Source: a virus
Reading direction: 5' to 3' (one strand)
DNA: 64,000 nucleotides
Virus record (IMG/VR): IMGVR_UViG_3300020419_000013
Location: 3,103 to 67,102 of that record
Shown piece after piece: positions 17,906-26,404 of the stretch. The notes under the pieces are model-generated. The model made no database searches. It was not told the DNA's origin and worked only from the letters and a program-made list of their open reading frames with translations. Both the position numbers and the translations under genes were made by a program. Within the stretch, counting starts at the first letter, position 1. The number at the start of each line of letters is the position of its first letter.

Positions 17906-20685
17906 TGAGTGCAATTAGGTCATTCGTAAAAGTTAAAGCGTTTAAGTCCACGACCTCTGTAGGTCGCAACATGAATGGGCTTAGAATGAGTGTGAACAGA
18001 CTCGGACGGACGACCACTAGTATTGGTAAATCATTTGAGTCAACCTTTCAATTAATTGACTTTCAAAAGAGTTTTATAATTGAAACGAAAGAAAGAGATA
18101 AGGCATACGAAATAGCGAAAGATAAAGAAAAGAAGTTTCTCGCAGCTCGATACTTAGTGCAAGAAAGAAGAGCAAAGTTTAAACAGAAACGTGAAGACTC
18201 TGCAAAACTAGCAAAGAAACTTGCTGAGGAAAAGAAAAAGATACAAGAGAAAAGAGGTAAAGAAATATTAGCTCCTTTCCAGAAGATGCTTGCAAGGATT
18301 GCAGGTTTCTTTGGTAGTCTATTTGGGGCATTTGCCATATTTGGTGGTTACTCATGGATGGCGAAGAATGGAGAGGCAATCAAAACTGTATTCAGAGTAG
18401 TTGCATCACTAGTAAAGTTTACATATAAGATTGCTAGTTTTGGTATAGGTAAGGTCTTTAATGGCATGGTTAACATGTTTGGGACTGGCGTGCCTGGTGA
18501 AAATAAGATACAGAGAGTATTCAGATTCTTTACAGGTGGTTTGCAATTCCTAGTTGGTCTTGCAGCTCTTAAAAGTGCTCAATACATTCTTATGCCATGG
18601 AAGTTGTTTGGTGATGTACGTGCGTTAACAAGTATTTTCCAAGATGCTAAGACAGCTGAAGATGGTGCTAATCAAGCATCACAGAGAGTAAAAAGTGGAT
18701 ATTATGATAAACAGACTGGTCGTTTCTATACAAAACAAGAGTATAATACGATGCGTAAGTCTGCTAGGAAACAACCTGGCGGTATAAAATCATTTGAGAA
18801 TAGAGTTAGACCAACCACAAAGATTGGTGGTATGAGAATGGGTGCTACCAGACGTATGGGTAACGCATTCAAAGGAATTAAAGGAAGGATACCTGGCGGT
18901 GGTGCTACGATGTTAGCAGGTGCTACATCTGCAATAGGTGGAATATCAAGAGCATTAGCAGGAGATCAAGAAGGAGAAGCAGCAGGCACAGCAGTAGGAG
19001 CAGGTGTAGGAAAGGCAGTTGGTGGTATAGCAGGAGCAGCAGCAGGTGGAGCATTGTTACCATTCTTAGGTCCTTTTGGTCCTATGATAGGTGCTGCTAT
19101 TGGTGATTTCTTAGGTGGATTCATTGGTAGTAAGATAGGACCTATTGTCCAACCTATCTTTGAGCCTATGGCACGAGCATTTGGCATGATGAAGGAGATA
19201 TTCTTAGCACCACTTATGCCAGTGATTGAGCCAATGAAAGAGTTACTTGGCACATTCTTCAGTGCATTGGGTAATATTATTAGCACTGTCTTGAAGGCAT
19301 TTACTCCTATCATGAAGTTTGTGGGTCTCGTATTGGGCACAGGTATTAAATTAATATTTAAGACACTATCATTTACATTCAATCTAATTAAGAATATTGT
19401 TGCATTCACTATAAATCCTATAGGATTTGCATGGGATGTCATAAGACGTAGGGATCCTGGCGAAGGCATAGATCTAGATCAGGTAGCAAATGCAAAAGGA
19501 TCAGAGAAAAAACCAGATTTTGAGCAGTTTGCTAAGGGTGGAAAATATGTTGGAAAGTTTTTCAATGCTGAGGTTATTACAGGAAATGCAGATGAAAACT
19601 TAGTAGCACCTAAGGTCGTAATACAGAAACCAAATGTAGCAAAACCAGAAGAATTTGCTGTAGGTGGAATATTTAGATTTGCTATTAGAAAGTCATTAGC
19701 TTTCTTTGCAACAGGTATGATAGCTGTCCTTAAAAAAGCAGTAGCAAAACTAGAATCAGGAGATAAACCAGAAGAGAAAGCTGAAGGTGGTAATGTAAAA
19801 GTCCCATATGACTTTGTAAAAGCAAAGTTAGGTATAGATCCAGGCGTATGGGATACCTATAGAAATACAATAGGTGCCATTGAGTCTGGTAATAATTACA
19901 CTGCAAAAGGTGGCAGTAATGATCATTATGATGGTAGATATCAAATGGGTGCCATGGCAAAGTCTGATGGTGCAAGGTTGTTTGGTATTGAAGATCCTGG
20001 TCATAATCTTGCAACGAGACTGTTTTTCAGAAGGAGTCCACAACTACAGGAGAATCTATTTGCAGGATATACTGCTGCGAATATGTCATACTTAACTCCT
20101 TATAAAGCGTTTATTAATCAACCTAAGTTAGATCAGATGGCAATCTTGGGTTACGCACACAACACAGGGTGGAATGCTGCATTGAAATGGTTAGAGACAG
20201 GTAAGGTATCTTCAGATGGATTTGGCACAAAGAGCACCAAATTCTATGACGCATTGAAAAAAGCATTTGGAGATCCAAGTGGTTTCCAACCTACTATTAT
20301 GCCAAAACCTATCCTTGAGCCTACAGTAAAACCGTCTAAAGAGGACTCAGATTCAGAGTTAGAAATGAAAGATGATACGCAACCGACAGCAGAAAAAGGA
20401 AATTTACTTGACAATCTAGAAAACTTACTTAAGAAAGTGGGTGATATGTTTAAGGGTGTTAAAATGCAAAGTCCTCTTACACCTCCTTCAACAGTAAGTA
20501 ATGTCACAGATTATAGCAATAAAATAAAAACAAGTGCACAACAACAAAAAGATTTAGAAAATGGTGCAATGATGGCAGGTAACATTGTCCCAGTCTCTGT
20601 CCCAGTGCCAATAAATAATAGTGCTACCCCCACTTCAAACCCTGTCCAAATCTTTACTCCCTTACATCCAGCTATTCATAAGTAA
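17905..20685 (+). CDS. Tape-measure-like hub protein with lysozyme-like domain
   Basis: Coiled coil, hydrophobic helices, glycine zipper; IGAIESGNNY...GRYQMG lytic transglycosylase-like motif. Confidence 0.65.
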   Translation: MSAIRSFVKVKAFKSTTSVGRNMNGLRMSVNRLGRTTTSIGKSFESTFQLIDFQKSFIIETKERDKAYEIAKDKEKKFLAARYLVQERRAKFKQKREDSAKLAKKLAEEKKKIQEKRGKEILAPFQKMLARIAGFFGSLFGAFAIFGGYSWMAKNGEAIKTVFRVVASLVKFTYKIASFGIGKVFNGMVNMFGTGVPGENKIQRVFRFFTGGLQFLVGLAALKSAQYILMPWKLFGDVRALTSIFQDAKTAEDGANQASQRVKSGYYDKQTGRFYTKQEYNTMRKSARKQPGGIKSFENRVRPTTKIGGMRMGATRRMGNAFKGIKGRIPGGGATMLAGATSAIGGISRALAGDQEGEAAGTAVGAGVGKAVGGIAGAAAGGALLPFLGPFGPMIGAAIGDFLGGFIGSKIGPIVQPIFEPMARAFGMMKEIFLAPLMPVIEPMKELLGTFFSALGNIISTVLKAFTPIMKFVGLVLGTGIKLIFKTLSFTFNLIKNIVAFTINPIGFAWDVIRRRDPGEGIDLDQVANAKGSEKKPDFEQFAKGGKYVGKFFNAEVITGNADENLVAPKVVIQKPNVAKPEEFAVGGIFRFAIRKSLAFFATGMIAVLKKAVAKLESGDKPEEKAEGGNVKVPYDFVKAKLGIDPGVWDTYRNTIGAIESGNNYTAKGGSNDHYDGRYQMGAMAKSDGARLFGIEDPGHNLATRLFFRRSPQLQENLFAGYTAANMSYLTPYKAFINQPKLDQMAILGYAHNTGWNAALKWLETGKVSSDGFGTKSTKFYDALKKAFGDPSGFQPTIMPKPILEPTVKPSKEDSDSELEMKDDTQPTAEKGNLLDNLENLLKKVGDMFKGVKMQSPLTPPSTVSNVTDYSNKIKTSAQQQKDLENGAMMAGNIVPVSVPVPINNSATPTSNPVQIFTPLHPAIHK

Positions 20686-23414
20686 TGGATAAACCTAAGA
20701 CCACTATTAAAAAACCTACTCTTTATAAGATGGTATCTTTTAAGGGAGTGGATAATAGTGCGAGTAAAGAAACCAAGGATGTACAATCGGGTTTGAAGGC
20801 AAATATAAGTGCTGTCAATAGTCTTGGTGGCACACTAAACTCTCTTTCATTAGTTGCTAATAAGATGGCAGGCACTATGAAAGAGATTGTAGACTTTCAG
20901 ATATCAGAGAGAGGTATACAGGAGAGATATAGGAAGAGACGTGATGAGGATGAGAAACGTGACAGAAATAGAGAAACAATAAGGAAGAAGAAAGAAACTC
21001 AAAGAGAGAATAGAGACGAAGCTGCAACTGTAGAGAAAACATCTAATAAATTTGTTGAAAGACTTGGATCAGTAACTAAGGCAATGTTTGGAGGTTTCTT
21101 TGAGACATTCTCGAAGATTGCTTCTTGGTTATTCACAGGTATAGTTAAGTTTGCAATATTTGATTTCTTGCTGAAGAATCCAGAAAAAGTCAGACGATTA
21201 GCACAGGGTTTGTATTCGATAGGTAAGTGGGCATTTGGTGTAATTAGTTTCCTTGGGACATCTGCAGCAAATGGTCTTATAAAGTTTCTAGAGAATCCAT
21301 TAAGTTTGAAAGGTTTCTTTGGGGTAATGCAGTTTGCGTTATCATTAGCACCTTTGTTTGCAGGGTTTGCTTTACTTTCCAATCCAATAGCAGCACTTAA
21401 AGGTATTAAGGCAGTAGTAGGCATGCTATTTGGCATGGTGAAAAACCTAATGAAGGCAGGTAAACTGGGAAGCAAACTTAAGAAATTTGGAGGAGCAGTT
21501 TTAGGTAGTCGTCTAGGTCGTGGTGTAGCATTTGGTGGTGCAGCATATGCAGCTGCACGCATGAGTGGCATGGATCAGGCAGAAGCAATAGGGACTGGTG
21601 TTGGAGCAGGAGCAGGATCACAGGTAGGTGGTGCTATTGGTAGTGCCATTGGTGGACCTGCAGGTGCAATGTTAGGTCAAGCAGCAGGTGCATTTGTTGG
21701 TGGAGCAGCAGGTGGAGGTATTGCTAAAGCAATGGAGCCTATTATTGCACCATTCAAAAGATTCTTTGGACAAGTTGCTGAAGTATTCGCAGCAGTCTTC
21801 ACACCCATACAGGAGGCAGCAGGAGACTTCTTTAAGGCACTTGGTAATGCATTCACTCAGGTCTTAGATTTCATTGAGCCAGCAATGCCCACTATCAAGA
21901 AAGTTGCCACATTCTTTGGCTCAGCAGCATTTGCACCCTTGATTGGATTGATGAAAGCATTGACTTTTGTATTAGGTTTCTTTGCAGGTGGATCGGATAA
22001 AGAGAAGAAAGCTCCGAAAAAAGAGAAACCAAAAACAAAAACTACAAAGACTACCACTAAGAAAACTATATCGAGTCGATTTGATATGGATTCTGGTAAG
22101 GGATATATTAACGATAAAGAAGTTTCTACAGATGAATATGTTGCTTACTTCAACATGAGTCGAGCTGAAAAGCTTGCTAATTATGGTGTACCTGCGAAAG
22201 CAGAAGGTGGTGTTGTAGTTGTCCCAGAAATGGCAGAAGGTGGAGAAAGTGCAGATTTAGGATTATCATCTGAAGATAATGAAGTGAATGGTGCACTAGG
22301 TAATGTCTTAGGATATATGAAAAAGGTGGTCGGACTCCTAAAGGGAGGAAACGGCGAAGGTGGATGGATGAATCCTAGTAATTGGTTTGCAGGTGGTGGT
22401 AAATTAGGTGGATGGATCAATGGTCCTCAGTCTGGTTATCCTGTAAGTTTAAATGGTGGTAAATCTACATCATTTATTGGTCACGGTTTGGAGTGGGTTG
22501 GTTATCCTAAGAAAGCAAGTGGTGGATCAGCATTTATCGTCCCATTCAATACACCTAAGACAAAATCAAATGCAGGTCTAACTGGTCAGAGAATGAAAGA
22601 AGCAAAGAGTAAAGGTTATGCTTTACCTTTCGCTGCAGGTGGTGAATATAATTCATATCAAGAGTTGATTGCAGCAGGTGGAAGTGTAGAGGATACTGCT
22701 GCGGGTGATTTTAGAGCTGTTGAAATTTATGGACCTTGGGAATACTATAGGACAGGTTTCTTAGGATTAAAGAAAGGAAAGAGGAGAGCTGTAAATAAAT
22801 TCTATGTAGATGGTGACTATAAGCAGGCACAAATGCCTATCGCTGATTATGTTAATATGAAGATGGGTTGGAATGAGACCAACGCAACAGCAACTTTAAA
22901 GTCAAAAGCTGAGATTGAAGAGAAGAATAAGAAAAGGAAAAATCTAAGAGGACAGGGTGCTAAAGATAGAGGTAGAGAGGGTGGTAACTTTAGTGGTGAC
23001 CAACAGATGAATGAGAGAGGTGAATATGCATTTAAAAATAGAGAAAATGAGAAAAAGATATCACCTTATAAAAAGTCAGGTGATCTAGACAAACTAAAGA
23101 TGTATCTTTCTGATGAGAAAGAAGTCAAGAAGTCTGGTGAAACAATAAATGAATTTAGAATACAAGAGAATGCTGAGTTACAAAAGATGGTAACTGAAAG
23201 TAACGATGCCATGGCATCTGCCGTTGAGCAACAGAATCAGATGGTAGCAAGTATGGCATCACAGTCTAGTGGAGGTGGTGGTCAACCAGAGGATGTCCCT
23301 ATTATTACACCTAACTTCTCACAATGGAATGAAGCAGATCCATTCTTTGTTTCTAAATTTAATACCTTTAGCAGCAATACACCTGATATGCACTGCACTA
23401 ACAAACTTAAGTAA
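20685..23414 (+). CDS. Second tape-measure-like protein (paralog of the previous gene)
   Basis: Same architecture (VNSLGGTLNSL versus VNRLGRTTTSI, glycine zipper, AxGG motifs). Confidence 0.6.
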   Translation: MDKPKTTIKKPTLYKMVSFKGVDNSASKETKDVQSGLKANISAVNSLGGTLNSLSLVANKMAGTMKEIVDFQISERGIQERYRKRRDEDEKRDRNRETIRKKKETQRENRDEAATVEKTSNKFVERLGSVTKAMFGGFFETFSKIASWLFTGIVKFAIFDFLLKNPEKVRRLAQGLYSIGKWAFGVISFLGTSAANGLIKFLENPLSLKGFFGVMQFALSLAPLFAGFALLSNPIAALKGIKAVVGMLFGMVKNLMKAGKLGSKLKKFGGAVLGSRLGRGVAFGGAAYAAARMSGMDQAEAIGTGVGAGAGSQVGGAIGSAIGGPAGAMLGQAAGAFVGGAAGGGIAKAMEPIIAPFKRFFGQVAEVFAAVFTPIQEAAGDFFKALGNAFTQVLDFIEPAMPTIKKVATFFGSAAFAPLIGLMKALTFVLGFFAGGSDKEKKAPKKEKPKTKTTKTTTKKTISSRFDMDSGKGYINDKEVSTDEYVAYFNMSRAEKLANYGVPAKAEGGVVVVPEMAEGGESADLGLSSEDNEVNGALGNVLGYMKKVVGLLKGGNGEGGWMNPSNWFAGGGKLGGWINGPQSGYPVSLNGGKSTSFIGHGLEWVGYPKKASGGSAFIVPFNTPKTKSNAGLTGQRMKEAKSKGYALPFAAGGEYNSYQELIAAGGSVEDTAAGDFRAVEIYGPWEYYRTGFLGLKKGKRRAVNKFYVDGDYKQAQMPIADYVNMKMGWNETNATATLKSKAEIEEKNKKRKNLRGQGAKDRGREGGNFSGDQQMNERGEYAFKNRENEKKISPYKKSGDLDKLKMYLSDEKEVKKSGETINEFRIQENAELQKMVTESNDAMASAVEQQNQMVASMASQSSGGGGQPEDVPIITPNFSQWNEADPFFVSKFNTFSSNTPDMHCTNKLK

Positions 23415-24826
23415 TGGCAAATAGAAGATCAAAAGTTGTAGAGCTGAATGAAGCGTCCATTGCCTTTGGCGAAACAGGTAAGATGCAGTGGAATGAAGCA
23501 TTGTCACCTAAAGCAAGACTTAAGGGTGATGATGTATATGACATTCGTGATCTTGTTGCGTCTATAGATTACTATGAGTCTATTGACAGTCCGTTTCTAA
23601 GAGCAGACGTAGCGATAGTTGATTCTATTGACCTATACAAATCAATTCGTGGTAAAGAAGTTGTAAAGATTAAATTCACATCAGAGAGCTCAGATAATGA
23701 TCCTCTAGAGGTTGTTTTTCGTGTGTTTAAACTTGGTAGTTTTATTAAGAATGAAAGAGCAGCGATGTATATTTTACATCTAACATCTCATGAAGCATTT
23801 TTGAATGAAGCAAATAGAATTTTTGGTGCATTTGGTCCTTGTGCAAAGCATAAAGATAAAGAGAATTTTCCTCAATATGTTGCAAAGGATATATTAAAGG
23901 GTGGAGAGAAAGTAAAAGCAGCGAATTTTGAAAAGCATAGTAAAGTATGTTTCAGCTCTCCTAACTGGAGACCATATGATGCTATTACATATGTTGCAGA
24001 TAAAGTAATAAGACTTGCAGGTAAGGGTAAAGTATCTCAAGCTCAATCAGGATTTTTATTCTTTGAGAATAAGCATGGATTCCATTTTAAATCTATTGAT
24101 AAGTTGTGCGAAGCGGATAATCTCTCAAAACAAGACACATATGTTTACATGCAGGCAGGTGTAGAGACAGATGATAAGAAAGAATATTTTAAGATTGAAA
24201 CTATCACATTCCCAGATAAAGTTAATCATCTAGAGAAACTAAGATCAGGTTTGTATAAGACATCAGTGTTAGGTATATCAATTAGTAGTGTTGGTATGAG
24301 TCATCTACCCACAGGACCTTCAAGTAAAGGCGATGAAGATTCTACTCAAGTAAAGAGAGGTAACTATAAAGTTACTTACGAAAAGATATTTGATCAGGCA
24401 ACTACGATTGACTCAGGTAGACCATTTCAGCAGACAGGTTTTGATACAGAAACCCAACCTGCTACTAGGTTTAAGATGAGAATCATGCCAAGTTGGACAC
24501 ATCAAGATAAGATAGGATCTGATCCAAATGGTGGTACGAAAACAGAAGTTGACACATTAAGAGTTTCAAGTTATGCTACTGCTAGATACGCTTTACTTAA
24601 TGCAATACAGTTAACTATTGTAGTGCCAGGTAATACTGCTCTAGTAGTTGGAGAGCAAATAAAAGTTAGCATTCCCGCATCTAGGACTGAAAATTCTAAG
24701 GATGTAAAGCAAGATCGGGTATATAGTGGTAAGTATCTGATTGCAAGTTTAAGACATGTTTATCGTAAAGAAGGCATGACTACCACTCTTTATCTTACTA
24801 AGGACTCGATCCGAGAAGATAAATAA
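23414..24826 (+). CDS. Baseplate hub protein (gp27-like)
   Basis: YYESIDSPFL, FLFFENKHGFHFKSID, VPGN...GE, SGKYLIASLRH. Confidence 0.75.
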   Translation: MANRRSKVVELNEASIAFGETGKMQWNEALSPKARLKGDDVYDIRDLVASIDYYESIDSPFLRADVAIVDSIDLYKSIRGKEVVKIKFTSESSDNDPLEVVFRVFKLGSFIKNERAAMYILHLTSHEAFLNEANRIFGAFGPCAKHKDKENFPQYVAKDILKGGEKVKAANFEKHSKVCFSSPNWRPYDAITYVADKVIRLAGKGKVSQAQSGFLFFENKHGFHFKSIDKLCEADNLSKQDTYVYMQAGVETDDKKEYFKIETITFPDKVNHLEKLRSGLYKTSVLGISISSVGMSHLPTGPSSKGDEDSTQVKRGNYKVTYEKIFDQATTIDSGRPFQQTGFDTETQPATRFKMRIMPSWTHQDKIGSDPNGGTKTEVDTLRVSSYATARYALLNAIQLTIVVPGNTALVVGEQIKVSIPASRTENSKDVKQDRVYSGKYLIASLRHVYRKEGMTTTLYLTKDSIREDK

Positions 24827-24848
24827 TAGTAATCATAGGTATAATAAA

Positions 24849-25076
24849 ATGAAATCAATCGAGCAACACATTGAAAAGGATAAAAACATCCTTGACAATC
24901 CATCTACTAATCCACAAATGCGTCGCCATATTGAAGGTGAATTGCATGAATTAGAAGATTATGTCGATCACCATAAGAAGGAGATCGAAGCAGGAGATCA
25001 CCACGATCCCAATGCACTTGAGTTATTTTGTGACCAACATCCAGAAGAGCCAGAGTGTTTAGTATATGATGACTAA
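24849..25076 (+). CDS. cp12: CP12 Calvin-cycle inhibitor
   Basis: C-terminal LELFCDQHPEEPECLVYDD. Confidence 0.95.
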   Translation: MKSIEQHIEKDKNILDNPSTNPQMRRHIEGELHELEDYVDHHKKEIEAGDHHDPNALELFCDQHPEEPECLVYDD

Positions 25077-25081
25077 TTATT

Positions 25082-25165
25082 ATGAACAACATTGGACTTG
25101 AAATTGTTTTTTGGACTTCACTATCAGTATATTTGCTTGCAAAGGCAGGTGTATTTAAAAAGTAA
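25082..25165 (+). CDS. 27-aa membrane microprotein
   Basis: MNNIGLEIVFWTSLSVYLLAKAGVFKK; stop overlaps the next start (TAATG). Confidence 0.55.
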   Translation: MNNIGLEIVFWTSLSVYLLAKAGVFKK

Positions 25166-25323
25166 TGGCACTAGCAGACAAAACCCAAACCCTCTTGGAC
25201 AAATTCGCTGCATGGGATAAGAGACTTCTTAAGAAGTTTCAAAATAAATTTAACCTCAGCGACTACCAAATAGTATGGATCGCTTTTATAAAAGGATTCA
25301 TAATTGGAGCGATAATTCTCTAA
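25165..25323 (+). CDS. 52-aa membrane protein
   Basis: MALADK...LSDYQIVWIAFIKGFIIGAIIL; TAATG coupling on both sides. Confidence 0.65.
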   Translation: MALADKTQTLLDKFAAWDKRLLKKFQNKFNLSDYQIVWIAFIKGFIIGAIIL

Positions 25324-25454
25324 TGGCACACCGTAAAAAAACAAACAAATTAAAAAATCCTCCATCAAAATGGAAAGATGAATTACTTGAAAAAGGACCT
25401 AAGTCTTTTATGCAAGCAATTCTATACGAACAACTTAAAAAAAAGCAACCCTAG
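25323..25454 (+). CDS. 43-aa basic protein
   Basis: MAHRKKTNKLKNPPSKWKDELLEKGPKSFMQAILYEQLKKKQP; coupled start. Confidence 0.55.
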   Translation: MAHRKKTNKLKNPPSKWKDELLEKGPKSFMQAILYEQLKKKQP

Positions 25455-25460
25455 AAACTT

Positions 25461-25763
25461 ATGTTATCAACCCAGTATCGTCTCCGACTGGAAGCAATAT
25501 GTAAAGACATCGCCTCCAATTCAGAAGTAAAGTTAGAAGATATGATTTGGGCAGAAAAATTAGCAAAAAGAAATACCTCCGCTAGAGGTATGTTATCGTC
25601 GGCAAGGAGACTATCAGTGGATCCAGACTCGACTTTTCTTAAGTACTTGGATATTGGAGACTCCGATCCAAGGAAACATAAAAGGGGTTTCAACGGTGCT
25701 GATGATATAGCAGACTGGTTTAGGAATGATAACAGATCAGATGATTGGAGACAGAGGGATTAG
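25461..25763 (+). CDS. Conserved cyanophage hypothetical protein
   Basis: MLSTQYRLRLEAIC...SDDWRQRD. Confidence 0.8.
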   Translation: MLSTQYRLRLEAICKDIASNSEVKLEDMIWAEKLAKRNTSARGMLSSARRLSVDPDSTFLKYLDIGDSDPRKHKRGFNGADDIADWFRNDNRSDDWRQRD

Positions 25764-25807
25764 TTTGAGTATAAATACTGTTAGTAAACACTAACAATAT
25801 TGTAACA

Positions 25808-25924
25808 ATGAGTACTACATCCACTAAAAAGGCAATAAAACGTTTAATCAAAAATAAAGAGGACTGGTCACCTGCAGAGGTGGCATATGCTAAGATGGTT
25901 AAGAAATCACTTAAAGATGATTAG
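25808..25924 (+). CDS. 38-aa basic protein
   Basis: MSTTSTKKAIKRLIKNKEDWSPAEVAYAKMVKKSLKDD; downstream of TATAAATA(25770). Confidence 0.55.
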   Translation: MSTTSTKKAIKRLIKNKEDWSPAEVAYAKMVKKSLKDD

Positions 25925-26384
25925 TTTTGAAGAAGCATTATGCGGACATTATACTAATAAAGCTCAAGCAACGTCAGATCCACAGAAGTGGCCATGGGTC
26001 AACATAGAGTGGACTGAAGTTAAAGAAGGTCAAGTTTTAGAATGTAAATCTTGGTATGAGTATGAAGGTCCTAATAAACCTTATAAACATTTCAGAGCAA
26101 AGATAAAAAGAATTCATGAAGATATCATTGAATGCGACACAATAGATCTTAAGAAAAATAAGAAAGGTTGTGGATTTGTTTTTGTAAAGATGGATGACGG
26201 CACATGGTGGGGTGAAACCAATGGTCCTTGTGTTGTCAATGATATAAACATAACTGCACTTGCAAGATTCAATGGCACCGATTACTGGTCATTCGACAAT
26301 GGTCGAAGACTTACATCAGGTGCTTTTGTTTGGGGAAAAGAGGAGAAAGATGGTGAATTTCATTTCACTAAACTCCCTAAATAA
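25917..26384 (+). CDS. cpeT: CpeT/CpcT-type phycobilin lyase
   Basis: GHYTNKAQA...P.KWP, KSWY...PY, SFDNG...VWG pattern; usual position just before gp5. Confidence 0.85.
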   Translation: MISFEEALCGHYTNKAQATSDPQKWPWVNIEWTEVKEGQVLECKSWYEYEGPNKPYKHFRAKIKRIHEDIIECDTIDLKKNKKGCGFVFVKMDDGTWWGETNGPCVVNDINITALARFNGTDYWSFDNGRRLTSGAFVWGKEEKDGEFHFTKLPK

Positions 26385-26404
26385 CTTATATCCATACTAA
26401 TATT

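Noticed and set aside
18063-22420. Long minus-strand ORFs (e.g. 18966-19469, 20999-21571)
   Set aside because: Antisense shadows of Gly/Ala-rich coding sequence with no recognisable motifs; the same applies to most nested ORFs in the track
25082-25323. Small membrane ORFs read as high-light-inducible proteins
   Set aside because: They lack the ExxNGRxAM motif
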